A stretch of DNA of 64,000 nt, taken from Eledone cirrhosa. Taxonomy: Eukaryota. Below are positions 39,601-55,500 of the stretch, one piece after another; the stretch's first letter is position 1; every line of letters begins with the position of its first letter. Position numbers and translations under genes: made by a program. The notes under the pieces were generated by a model. The model had not been told where the DNA came from and made no database searches. It worked only from the letters and a program-made list of their open reading frames with translations. The stretch is taken from NCBI GenBank assembly GCA_964016885.1, contig OZ024741.1, positions 207,018,001-207,082,000 on the forward strand, given 5' to 3'.

Positions 39601-42600
39601 TCAAAACCTGTTCCCTATTATGCTAGAACCACTCAGTCAATTCCGTCTTAGGAGGTGGTGCGTTAGAAATTCTTTCGACACCTCTTCTAGTGTCCTGAAA
39701 ACAGACCATTTGCCTATTCTCTAAGTGAACCGTCAGTTTCTGAACGCTGGGTTTGCGTTCATTGAGATTAAAATCGAACAATCTTCAGTAAGCTTCGCTA
39801 GATCCAATCGAGCGAACATCCTGGAACCTGCCAACTTCATCTCCTTGGTTCGCTTCCTCATTCCTGACATTGATCATTGCCCGATCATGACCTTTGTAAA
39901 CATATTTGAATAGATATTTGCAAGCTTTCACTGAGCTAGATTAATATGACAACGATATTTCGACATTAATATGACAACGATATTTCATAATCAAATGTGG
40001 ATTGTATGGCACAACCCATTGATTTGTAACCTGTCCACCGTTTACATTTTCGACCAAACCGCCATCGGCAGGTGACCATCTTCTGTATGAGGGATGAGCA
40101 TCCCCATCGTTCCAGGATGTGTTCGTGACATAAGATTTCGGTAAGTGCTTACTGCATTGGCCTTTTTTCATGCAAGGCGCTTTCCGATTTGCCACTCCGC
40201 ATTGGTTGTGCACCATTGACTTTGCCACCAAGTTGCGTAGTGACTCATTCTCCGGCAGTTCAGCACACACAATGCTCTCGACATCCTCAGCACATCTCAA
40301 TTTGCAATCTCTATGTAAGATGATCAGCAAATGTGCATGTGGCAATCCTCTTTGTTGGTATTCAATTACGTATGTAAAAGCAACTATACCTCCAAAGATT
40401 CCCTTTTTTTCTACATCATCCATTATCTTTTTAGATTACCTTTGAATACTCTTGCCTCAATATCAGGACGGTCCTTTGGCTGTTGTCCTGACAAAAGTGC
40501 ATCCTTAATATCAGTCCATTCAGGATTGCATGTAACCGTTATAAACAAATCTGGCTTTCCAAACTTTCTGACAATAGCCATTGCATCCTGATAGCGAATG
40601 TTCATATATCTCGGGCCGCCGATCAACGACGATGGCAAAATGATGCGTCGACCAATTTGCTTGTAATTGGCATCATCGGCTGTTATCGCATCCTGTATAT
40701 TATTATACAATTCAGCTCTATGTTGCTGATGTGTAGCTATAATTTAGCCTTTGATTTTCGATCTTTGCGAATGCCATACAACAGTATTCCTGGAACAATC
40801 TGCTGGCTTGAAATAGTGCATTTCTTTGTTGATTCCTCTCGTTCAAATGTAACGCGTAAAAGTCGCAAATCGAATTATTATGTCTATTGCCACCTCCCTG
40901 TTGATGCTGACTCTCATGATCATCTAAATGAACAGACATGTTCCATGCATTTTAACCTTTTTGGAATAAAAGAACATAATGCAATGGATCGTATGCCCTA
41001 TTTGACTTATTGATAGTCTTGAGACCACCAACTCTGCAATTGAGGACGATATATCTCGATCCAGGCTTATCGTCCATCAACACAGCAACTTCACGAAATC
41101 CTTCAGGGGCATTATATCGCCGTTCGTGTTGATTTCTTGGTACTGCGTCAGCCTTAATCACCAATACTTGTTGCTGAACATTTTGCACTTTAGCCACCAA
41201 CATGAAATCCATAACATAAGGATTACACTGTCTAAGCCATGATTGCAAATCACGGATCAAATCACTTAACCTTTGCCGTTCAAGTTCAGTTATATTTCCC
41301 GGCAACTTCATCCAACCGATCCTGATATCCTCCTCCGATTCACTATAATCTGGATCGTTAAAGTAAATTTGAGCGAATCGAGGCCTCTCTCTTGGGCTAA
41401 CTTCTAAATTACCGAATCAATGATACAAACGGCCTTGAATGACTACATTCGGTTGCCATGCTCCACTCTCAAACATCTCACTAACTCTCTGCGATGCTAA
41501 AGCTAATGAATTGTTAATTTGCCGCGAATATTTGCACAGTTATCTACCTCGGTCTCCTTGATCACCACATACTTAGTATTTTAAACTCCGGTGACTCCTC
41601 ATCATCTGGCATTCGCAAGGGTTCTAGTTGAACTGCTCCTTTATGACAGCACATTGTGGTCCACATCTTTTCGTGCCTCCAAAGCAATGCTCCACAATGT
41701 GGACACTCTACTCGTCCACCAATCTGAAAATGACACGGTTGCCATGATCCATTTTTAATATCATTCGTTCGCCTTCTAGCCTCTTTACTGGAATGAGGAG
41801 CAATTTGGCGACACATTCTCTGAACTTCTGCATTGCGCTGGCGCTGTTCAGCCAGCTCCTCTTCATCCATAGCAGCACGCCAATGCTGCTGAATTCTGGC
41901 CATCTGCTGATGATGCTCAGCCAGTTCGTCTTCAACCATCACAGCACGCCGTCGCTGCTTGGCTCCAGTGTTTCGTTGGCGTTGTTCAGCCATCTCCTCT
42001 TCGTTCATGGCGGCATGTCTTCGCCTCTGAAGTTCGGCGTTCCGATGGCGCTTTTCGGCCCGTTTTTCTTCATTGCTGGCTGCACGTCTTCGCCGCTGTA
42101 GTTCACTGTTTGATAAAGTCGAATTGCTTTTATTATCAGTATTCATTTCGAGCAATTGTCAAAAATTGACACAATAATAAATATAAAAGATGTCCGTCAA
42201 TGTAAAGAAAGATCCCTATTTACTCCCTTCACAACTCTGTGTATGTTAGACTGACAGACAGGCATACAGACAGATAAACTGCGTGGCGATTGTGGAACGC
42301 CACACACATACACGCATGGAAATGCGCACACGCACGCAAACTTACACACGCACACACCCACACATGTTGATAGTTTTTACTTTCTGTAAAACGCTGCACG
42401 CACACACACACACATAAACATACGCGCACTTACATACACATGCACACATGGTAATATTTACAGCATTCACTTTGCCTCTCTGTATCTTACACTCCTCTCT
42501 CACTCCCTCATTGGCATTATGCATATTAATTTAAGTTTGGCGTCGTTGAGGTGGGCGGAGTCATTTGAAACCTATGAACCAATGATAATCGAGAATTATG

Positions 42601-42627
42601 ACACACGGAATAATGACATTGTTGAAA

Positions 42628-42630
<3 letters not shown>
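36608..42630 (-). mobile_element. Helitron (C) with fragmented RepHel ORF 37703-42155
   Basis: EYQQRGLPHAH HUH motif, KYLFKYVYKG, DATGGTGKTF, IIWDEAPM, GGDFRQVLP, MTVNKAQGQT; 3' hairpin + CTAG at 36608; 5' end uncertain. Confidence 0.9.
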
Positions 42631-42662
<32 letters not shown>

Positions 42663-42826
42663 CACACACATACACACACGCACGCACACACACACATATA
42701 TATATATATATAAATATTTATGTATATATACAGGGTGTCCTTAAAGATGTATACACACTTCAACAGCATTCTAATAAATATTGTCTGTACAGGTAATCAA
42801 AGTGTGTATACATTTTATGGGGCAAC

Positions 42827-42920
<94 letters not shown>

Positions 42921-42950
42921 ATGTTTGTGTGTGTGTGTGTGTTTGTGTAT

Positions 42951-43083
42951 AATTGTTTCTACTTTTGGCACAAGGCCAGCAATTATCCCAATGTATTACT
43001 GGTACTTTATTTTATCGACCCCGTAAGGATGAAAGGCAAAGTTAACCTCGGCGGGATTTGAACTCAGACCATAAAGGGCCGTA
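42951..43083 (-). mobile_element. 5'-truncated SINE
   Basis: Reverse complement matches B box and 3' body of the SINE family. Confidence 0.88.
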
Positions 43084-43710
43084 TGTATATATATATATAA
43101 TACAGATACACACATATATGTGTGTGCGCATGCGTTTGTAGGGGTCTGTGTGTGTCTGTATTAACGACGAATTGATCGTTGGATTCGTTCTGGTTCTCTG
43201 TAATCTGAGTTCAATTGCCACCAATGTTAGCGTTGTCTCCCTTTCATCTTTTTGAGGTCGATAAACAAATATCATCTCTTCCTCTTTCTCAATTACCGTC
43301 TCACTTCCTCTCTCTGTCTTCTTCCTCCCACCCTTTCTCATACTCTCTCTCTCCCTCTCTCTCACTCTCTCACCTAGATTGTGCCATGTTAACTGTTGAG
43401 ATAGACTTGTGAAAGCAGACCGATATAAACCATGTTTACATTTCTTACAATTTCTAGACAATTTCTTACAATTTCTAGACAATTTCTTACAATTTCTATT
43501 AAATATAAATTTTTTATCATCTTCATTATACATTATTTATTATTATTTATTTATTATTTTTTCTTTTCCTTTTTCTTTTTCTTTATCTTTTGTATTTTTT
43601 CTTCTTTCTTTTACTCTCTATCATTTTCTTTATTTTCTTTTTCTTTCTTTATTATTGATGTTGTAATTTGAATTTCCCTAGTATATTACAAACGCCGTGT
43701 ATAATTTTAA

Positions 43711-43825
43711 ACAGTATTTCTGATGATTTGGTTAAGTATGCATTGTATTTAAAATTCAGTGACACAACTTCAAGTGATTAGCAATTTTTAGACAACTTAA
43801 TCAATGAAACAATTGTTAATACTGT
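43711..43825 (+). ncRNA. Hammerhead ribozyme with long stem II in an orphan pLTR
   Basis: acagtatt(t)-CTGATGA-ttggttaagt..acttaatcaa-GAAA-caattg-TT-aatactgt. Confidence 0.75.
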
Positions 43826-43900
43826 AAATAAAACCCTTTTTGTACTGTTGACCATGTTATTTTTCACTCTTTCACTATTATTACTCCAAGATTAACTTGC

Positions 43901-45020
43901 ATAAGAGCACCCCGGTGGGGTGTTGCTCCTAGGGCTGCTGGTGATGTGGGCCTTCATGTTCTTAGCGCAGGAGTATTCTAGTTTAACTTTGAGTCGGTTA
44001 AAGATGAAGCGGTATTTATGACCAATGGGAAAGTGTCTATCTAAGAGGGCTTGACATTTTTTCCTACATTAGTTTTAACGTTGAGTGAGAAGGGAGGAGA
44101 GAACTGAACGTTAAAACTAATGTAGGAAAAACATTTCTAGATAGACATTTTCCCATAGGTCATAAATACCGCTCCATCTTTAACCGACACAAAGTTAAAC
44201 TAGGATCCACCTGCTCTAAGAACATGAAACCCCACATCACCAGCACCCCTAGGAGCAACACCCCACCAGGGTGCTCTTGCCGTAAGCCTGAAGCTTAACC
44301 CCTTCAACAGCAATGCAACACACCAACTGTAATTTACGAAGCTGTGATCACTTCCAACCGACGAAACAAACCACAGGAGGTCAAATCCTATGTGGGCATG
44401 GCGGACGGCCGATTTAAGGAACGCTTCCTGAACCACCAGTCTACCTTCAGGTACCCGGACAGACGTTCATCCACGAAACTCGCGAGCCACGTATGGTCCC
44501 TCAAGGACTCAAGTATAGTCTACTCCACTCAATGGAAAGACATCACTAAGTCCAAGTCATACGCAAGGGGAAAGCCGACGTGTGGCTTATGTATTGACGA
44601 ACGAATAACTATTCTAAAGAGATTACGCAATAGTGATTGCCTAAACACGAGAAATGAATTTTTCACACGTTGTCCACAGGTCGCCAAAAAACCTATTGCA
44701 TAACTAGAAGGCTCGGACTGATTCTTTGTAATTTTATTTTTCAACTAAAAACTTTTCGGACTTTCGCAGTTATCTCCCTTACACCTCACTCACGCATTCT
44801 AGTATTACCTGTGTGAAGTGAACGGGTTTCTACGCATGCGCGTTAGTACGGTTGTCCTTCCTGTTCCTATAACCATGCCCATTCCGAGCTGAGGATCCGC
44901 TAAGGTGAAACAATTGTTCTCGGTATGGTGAACTAACTGTTGTGTAATCACTTCTACCTAACTCGTCCCATGGACTGAGTGCTCTACCACTACGGATATT
45001 ACCTTCCAGTGTTCCACCAC
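43901..45020 (+). mobile_element. Naiad-type PLE 3' fragment with 5' inversion; HHR 44884-44923
   Basis: 43901-44085 inverted vs 44105-44279; YVGMADGRFKERFLNH; ccgag-CTGAGGA..GAAA-caattg-TT-ctcgg. Confidence 0.9.
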
Positions 45021-45038
45021 TATATATATATATATATA

Positions 45039-47425
<2,387 letters not shown>

Positions 47426-47455
47426 TCATTCTTTTCCATATTTATATATATATAT

Positions 47456-50170
47456 TGTTATACTTTGGGAGGGTCATGTTGCCAACGATAAGAAACACAC
47501 TCTCCAGTTGCTTTCACTCCAATTTATCATAATTTAAATTTATAAATTTAAGAATTTATAAATTTCCGGTTGGTTGGTTGGTTCCACAACCTGACGATTG
47601 TTCATATATTGTCAAAGTTCTTTCGTCACACATTCTGTGACCTCTTCAGTGACTGGGGATTATTTTCTTTGTTTTGTGCCTCTCCTTTGTTCTGTCCAAC
47701 GCCATCTTATTTTTGTGTGTGCTGTGTGCTTAGTTTGCGCATGTGTTACATTCGGGTGTCTGTGTGTGTTTTTATTTGTTTATTTATTTGTTTATATACA
47801 TGTTACTGGTTGGTTGTTTGATCTATGTGTGTGTGTGTTTCCATTTTGTCCTTAATTGTAAGTTGCGATGTTGCTATTCCATTCATGTTTTCTATTTAAT
47901 TTTGGTTGGAGTTCATTTATGTTTATTGGCTCTGTGATTTGTCTAAACATTGCGTCTTTTCTGTGTGTAGATTTTATTTTTATTTCTATGTTTTCTAATT
48001 TGCCCTTATGTTCTATTTTAGCATGTTCGTGGAGTATTGATGATTCTTTTTTTATCTTGGAACTCTCGCCAGTGTTCATTTAACCGTTCTCCTACACTAC
48101 GAGCTGTCTCACCTATGTACACTATATTCTTATCTTTACATTGACCTTCAGAACAGCTTATGCTATATACTACATTTCTAGTTTTACAGTTAATATGGGG
48201 TCTTAGTTTACACATTATGCATTTCTTATCTATACAGGGATGTCTTTGAAAAGGTATGTATAACTAATAAGTGTGTTTATGGAGGTACCTGGTCTTTCTA
48301 CTATCTTAATATTAAGTTTAAGTTTATCTAGGGCCCTTCTAAATTTGTAAGCTAATTCACCTCTAGGGGTTGTATTGATGAACATTACACTCTGGTATTT
48401 ATTGCTATCATACCATGAGTTTATTCTATTAACCTTATTCCTAGTTCTTTCTATTCTATTCCAAAATGTGCTCCTATACAAGGGGCAGGTCCCATTTGTA
48501 TCATTATTTACCATTTTTTTCCCATTTGGTTCTGGCTCCTCTATATACTCTGATTTTATCTCTCTGATTGTAACCAGAGAACTGCATACGGTGGATGAAG
48601 TGTTGTATGTGTCTCTCTAGTTCTTTGGGGTTGCACATGCGGGACACGTTTCTCATCACCCGTGCTAAATCCGCAATTATTATGTTGATTTTGGTGTGAT
48701 CCGAAACAGCTGAGTTTCGGTGGATCAGATATTTGGAAGTCAAGGGTTTGGCATAATGGGAATGGAGGATTTGTTTTTTGTTATTAATGGTTTCTAACCA
48801 GAGGTCTGTGTCTAGTACAGGTAATCGATGGTTGGCGTGTTTCCTTGGGTAGTCTATAGTAACTCTAATACTCTGGTGGATGGAGTTAGCTATTTGCTGG
48901 ATGCTTTCCATGGTGTTTTTCTCTAATTCCTGACTGTTCTCTAGTTGGGGTATTTTTACTACGATGTTTATATCATCAACGTAGCGGGAGTACATTATCA
49001 GGGTAAAGAGGTTGCTGTCTTCTAATTGTTCTTTAAGTTTAAGTCTATTGTCCCACCATACCATGAATAGGTTAGCTATGTCACCTGCAATGTTAACACC
49101 AATGGCTGCTCCCTCCTCTTGGGTATATGTTTTTCCATTAAATTTGAACATATGTTCCTTAAGGATTAGTTTTATACTGGCTCTCACCGCATGTGCAATA
49201 ATTTTCTTTATTTCATCGTGGTTTTCGGGGGTCCGTATGGCTCTGGTCCACTCGTTCCATCTTTCTGTGTGGGTTTTCTTGGCCATTGAGGTAATGGTAG
49301 GTGGTCTGCCTCTTGCTGGTCTTGTAGGGCAAAGGTTGCTAAGGTCATACGTATCTAGATAATCATTACTATAGGTAAGTTTAAGTAGGAGTCCCAGCTC
49401 ACTGGTATCAATCCCACGGAATTCAACATTGCTCTCATTGTTCATTTCTACGCAATTCTCCTACAGCAAAATTCACGTCAACGGATGGATATAGAGTCAC
49501 AACATCCATACTACCTATTATACAGTCTGTTAGGTCCCTAGATCAGTTATTTTCCCTGATTCTGCTGAGGAGGTCCTCCGTTCTGTCTCATATATCTGGG
49601 GACATTTCAATGATGGGGCGTATGATCAGGGAGAGGATGAAGGAAAGTCTGTAGTTACTAGAAATGTTAGCTTCACATACTGGCCGTGTCGGTTGTCCTG
49701 TGACTGGGTCACTGTTCGTCTTATGGTCTTTTCGAAGCCCATACAATGCTGGCACGTCATTGTTCCAGGCCTGGAATTTATTGGCAGTCCTTTTATTGGG
49801 CTGCATTATGTTTGTCCACATCATCATAAGGGTATTGAGGGTTTTCTCCCTAACCTCATGCTCTTGTGCTGTTACTTCTCTTGTGTTAGTGTTGTGGGGT
49901 TGCATTGCCTGGATGTAGTTTGACAGACTGTCAACCGACATTCTGCCAGACTTGTCTGTTGGAAAGCATGCAAACTCTCCATTACGCGATCGCTGCTTGA
50001 GCTTGCGCAAGTAATTTGCAGATATTTCTTCCAGTTGCTGGGCCTCCATTCTATTTTGCTTCTTGCTATACTGTTCTATAATATTTCTAAGTTTAGATCA
50101 AGCTATACTAAATTGTGCTTCTGTTTGTTCATCGACCTACGACGGCAATTGCGTGCGTTTGTTAAAAGCT
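47456..50170 (-). mobile_element. Penelope-like element of a non-Naiad clade; HHR 47611-47653
   Basis: PTDKSG, LYGLRKDHK, YSRYVDDI, LPVLD, NVVYSISC..VYIGETARSVGERLNEH; gtca-CTGAAGA-gtcac/gtgac-GAAA-gaac-TT-tgac. Confidence 0.9.
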
Positions 50171-50523
50171 AAAGACTTATCGGAAGGATTATAAAAAGTA
50201 GAGTTCCAGGCTGTTGCTTTATGTGTACTATTGCTATTGTTATTGTTAGTTGTGTTGTTTCTATTTCTATTTCCACCAACAGCCTCGTGGTTGTTTCTAT
50301 GTCTCTCATTATTACTCCTTTCTCTTTCCTCTGGCTCATCTACTCTATTTTTTCACATCTCTTAAACAGAACCAACAAAAGAAAAAAACAAATTCATTGG
50401 ACATAGAAAACAACCCACATTTTACTCTGAAGACAGTTAGAAACTATCATCAAAGCTATGTTATACGAAAATGAATAAATATATGCATACGTATACATAC
50501 CATATACATATATATATATACAC

Positions 50524-51460
50524 TAGGGTATTGCATTTTGCAACCTATTCGCCAACAATCTCATGTTGATTACGGTCGTATTTGCGTTGATAAAATAATC
50601 AAATATTTTGTGGTTGCATACATTTCACATCGTTTTATTTATAACGTTTGTTTGGATCTGGTCTGTAGTATATTGTCGTTTCTGTTCACTTTACTAAATC
50701 CAATGAGGAAAGCACATGACAGAAAGCAAGAAAAGGAAAAGAAGCCGGAGTTCTAAATACACAAAAATACTAGGGTTAAAAAGAGAAACTTTTATCAATT
50801 AATTTTGTAACCGGAAACGACTTTTTCTAGATCTTTTGACTCGTGCTGTGTATGCTTAAGTTGTTCTTTGAACAGAATTATCTTTATCATATGTATGGCC
50901 TTAGCGATTCAAGGAGACTGATGGTAAGCTCCTGAGGCTGAGAAGGAGAAATTGGGGATGTGGCCAAGATAGAGAAGGGGGGGCATTTATCAACTCGCCA
51001 TAGTCTTCTAAGGGATGATCACTAGAAGGCAGTACAGATAGTAGATATTTAATCATCTCTTCCCACTTTTGCTTTTAAAAATCTTCCATGGGCTCATTAT
51101 CGTCCAGGATAGTTTGATAATGAGACTTATCGATGGAGTCCCAATGTCCTGGAACTCTTTGAACATTGGAATACCTGGACCAGATGATGGGGAAAATATC
51201 TCGAGAGACTTTTCCAGAGCTGCTTCAATGTTTTATCGGCTCCTATGTGCATGCCGGTGTTACTGGTAGTGGTATTGAAGGACATACCAATTATTCTATC
51301 CTCAATTTTGAGTCGTTGAATTTCTTTCAAAACAACTTCTGCGATTTGTTGTCCGATTTCATCCTACGAGGTAGGAAACGTGAAATAGCAAGGAAACGTG
51401 AAATGCAAAGATTGAAGAATGTAGCTGTGTACTTTTTGAATTCCCTTATTCTCAGGGAAT
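50524..51460 (-). mobile_element. hATm-like DNA transposon relic
   Basis: GMSFNTTTSNTG..GA and PLEDYGEL..GAYHQ..AKAIHMIKI motifs; TAGGGT possible TIR at 50524. Confidence 0.65.
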
Positions 51461-52149
51461 GATTGTTCATCTACTGGAAACTTAGAACACCAGCAGGCCC
51501 GAATCGTGAAACATCTGCATACATGTGCAAAATCTGAATGAGTGGAGGATTGACCTCAAGCAGAGATACCAGTAGTAGCAGTACCAGTGGGCTGATTGCG
51601 GAAATCCTGTATGCGAAAGGAGTAAGTGTAGTGGGGCGATGTATGTCGTAAGTCTGTTCACGAATTACGTCACGGATGGGGAACACACGTCAGTCTGAAG
51701 GAGCGACGTAGTCAATTGAGTGAAAACCAAGTAGGGATGTACGTTTAAGTAGGGATATTGGAATGACGAAATCAGCGTAGCAACGTAGCTGCAGCAGAAG
51801 AGGCTCATAGTGCAATTAGCACAAATGCTGGGCAGCACCCGTTGCACTGGGTTTGCAAAGCAACAAAGGTGCGACAAAAGGGGTCACCGCGGAATTAACA
51901 CAATCGCTGTTCGGCGTACTTGTGCAGAGCGTTCATACTGCGGTGTAGGTGCAACAAAAGGGGTCTTAGTAGAAGTAACACAGAAGTGAGTTTTACGGTG
52001 TCAATGACACGGCAACGTACACAGGGCCCGGATTTCAGCGTGATGACAGCACGAAGTGTCAACGGGGCGCCGACAAAAATGTTAAGGTCCTCCTCATTTC
52101 CTCAATCCCCAATGGTCCTGCTTAAAAGTAAGTGTTGTGTCCTCTGTTA

Positions 52150-52570
52150 AATAAACCAAATTTTTAACGAAATATTATACGCTACTTACGATGTTTAAGT
52201 AGCGTTTATATTGAAAATGAAAATGGCATGTAATGCCCAATACTAATTCGTAAATTTCCCAGAAACCATTAATGGAATCGGAAATTGTTTTTTGTCCACA
52301 GCAATGCGAGGGGACTAACTAATGTGTGTTGCAAATTTCGAGGGAATCGGCTGGATTATCTGTAAGATACGCCTCAAAAAAGACTAAAAAATGCCTTTTA
52401 AACGCGGTTTTTCGGCTAATGCGGGCCCTCAGGCAGAAAAAGTTAAAATTATTTTAGCGCATTACATTTCAAGAAGCATAGGTAACGCATGTGTAAAGTT
52501 TGAAAACAATCGATCTGGTACTTCTCAGGTTTTAGAGATTTACACAGACAGACATCCTATATTATATATA
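52150..52570 (-). mobile_element. Probable 5' part of a non-autonomous Helitron
   Basis: Resembles 5' regions of the other Helitrons here (10200-10470, 57250-57340). Confidence 0.4.
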
Positions 52571-52572
52571 TA

Positions 52573-55500
52573 CTAGCAAATGCCCCCGTCGATTGGACGA
52601 GGTTAGTCCTTGGTAGGACTGCAGTCTTAATGGTGAAATTCCGTTGTGTCGATGTTTAACATGGGGGATGATTTTACGTGATCAACTCTTTCAATAAAAA
52701 AAATGAGATGGTATTCAAAAAGAGCATGTTATATTTACAGATATCTGTCATTAAAATGTGAAAACAAGGGCTGCCTTGTAAACCACATGTTTTGTCAATC
52801 TTCTGGGAGCGTAGTAAAAGAGATTGCCCGAGTTTCTAACTCTTGAACATCCCACATACAGTTGTCCGTGTGAAAAGCATGGAGTACTGAGGTCCAGCCC
52901 AACCACTTTTAGTGACTGACCCTGGGCATTGTTAATGGTCATTGCAAAACTTAATCGAATGGGGAATTGGTCTCTTTTCACCGGGAAGACACAGTCAGTT
53001 GAAATAAGTGTAACTCGGAAAATAAAAACAGAGTCGCCAGCGTCTTTTCCCGTAATGATTGTAGCCTCGAGAACGTCATCCAACATTTGCGCTATAACCA
53101 AGCGTGTGCCATTGCAAAGCTGAGGAGGTTCCAAGTTTATCAAGAGTATGATGGGATTTCCAAGTCTTAGGCAGAGTTTATGGGTGGAATTCCCGATGGC
53201 CTTTGTGAGTTTAAAAACTCTGTTAGATAAAACGTTACTTGCGTCGGATCCGTAATCAAACCAATCCAAGCATAACATCGCTCTTGGGAAGGAAGTTTAC
53301 GAAGCAGACATGTGTTAAGAGCTTCGACGGTGGCATTTGTAGGAACTAAGATGGCCCTTTCACACATCCATTGATGACAGACGTAATTTGTTGAGAGGTC
53401 GGGTACACTCTTGTGCAAATGTCCTCAGGGCTGGAAACGTAGTTACCGATGGTACTTATGTCAACCAAACCGTTTACGTCGATTGGTAAGTTACAATTAC
53501 CAACATCCAATAACTTTGAAGCAAAGTAATTGACACAGTCTTGTTGGTGGAGAATCGATCGCATGTTGATGGTTAACTTTCTCGACTTGACGAAGCGCCA
53601 AACATGAGAATGTTTAATGCAAGCATCTATTTCATCAACTGGTTGGCCTTTTGGGACAATGGGAAGTGTTTGACGAAAATCCACAGCAAGAAGCAGAACG
53701 ACGCCACCGAACGGTTTAGAATTGGAGCGCAGGTCGTGTAGCGCTGTATTGATTGCATCAACTGCATTCTTGTGGGACATTGTTGCCTCGTTCAAGACTA
53801 TCAATTTGCATTTGTGAAAGACAACAGACTCATCAGAATTCTTCTTTATATTGGTGGTCGGATTTTCAACATGACCGATGTTAAGGGGAAGCTTAAATGT
53901 TGAATGGACTGTTCTTCCGCAGTCTAGCAGTGTTGCTGCTATTCCTGAAGACGCCATTTAAATTGCAAGACTGCAGTACACCAGCATAACGGCGAAAAGC
54001 TTACGAAGAGCAATTGGTGACTGCAACATTGATGCTTCGTGGAGGGCGTGGTCATAGTGGTCATCATTGTCGAGAAGACCTAATTTGGAGCAGGCCTCTT
54101 TAAATGTTGAACAAATATGGCCATTGACGATACGAAGGTCTTCAAAGGAAGTTGGATCTTTGACAACGTTCAATAGAAGACGAAGGTGAAAGCATTCTGA
54201 ATTGAGCAGGTGAACTGTGTACATTCTTGAGAGGGCATCAGACTCACGTATCGAAGCATCCCTTTGTGAAATGCGTCCGCGCTTTCTTATTTGCCAACAG
54301 CGGGAAGATTTATTCCACGTTTAGAATGTAGACAACTCCGCATAAAGAAGTGTTCTGGCAAGAGAATCAGAAGTACAAAGTTCCAAGAATCCGGTAAGAG
54401 TCGTTCTTCGAGTTTGTCTTGCACAGTCAAGCATATTTTCTTGGTTAAAATACACCCGTTGAGCATTCTCCAAATGAACACTGAGGTGAATAACTGGAGG
54501 TTCATGGATCGGAAAACTAAATATGCGCCAAAATGCCTCGTTAGAAGAGATGTAGCGTCCAGTTTGGAAAAACGTGACTTCATCTGTGGCGCATCAGGGT
54601 TATCGGTCTTAGCCAACTCAATAACTGCTTGATCGGCTCCCTTATGAACATACTTGCAGATGTATTAGATTAATTTTACGGAGTTGCCGAATTCAACATT
54701 AATGTGGGCTGAAAACATTTTACAAAGCACCTTGTGGTACAACCCATCGTTTGTCGATATTGAAATCTTGACCACTAACCATTATTATAGTTTCCGTATG
54801 ACCACCCTCCTGCGGTGCCCTGCGACGGTAGCCATCATCACCAGTTTTTATTTCATGGATAATTTACGTGGGTAACGCTTTGTACATTTCCCATTATCCA
54901 TACATGCAGATTTTGGATTAGGTGGCCTCACGGTCCATAGAACATGTTGGCTTTTATAATTTGAAAAAGGACATTGGATTTGGCAATTCAGCATTTATAA
55001 CGGAATCAACATCAGTTGACATGAGCTTTTTTTTTTAAGCCACAGGAGAATATGGGCATGTGGGAGTCCTCTCTTCTGACATTCTACGGTGTACATGAAA
55101 CATCATACGGGTCCAAAAGGTTTTCCGTATTTTATAACATCCATCATTTTCATAAGTTTTAGGTGAAACACTCTAGATGTGATATCATGCCTGTGTGAAG
55201 GATTTTGGCCATGAAGTAAGTGAGACTGGATGTCAAACCATTTTGGATTGCATGTGAAAGTGATGAAAAGATCAGGACGGCCACAATGGCGAACATAGGT
55301 GAGAGCATCCTGCATTTTTTCATGCATGTAACGGGGGCCTCCAGTGTATGACGATGGGAGAATGACAGAAAGCCCGACATCCGAAGCAATAACCGTATTT
55401 TTGCCGTATTTTTCTGAACAAAGTTCCTTTTGATGGCATCTTATCCATTGGAGGCGTTCAGTGTCAATCTGGAAAAGGAAGAAATATTGAGTGAAATGGC

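Noticed and set aside
51470-52150. GC-richer segment as coding fragment
   Set aside because: No long open frame and no identifiable motif
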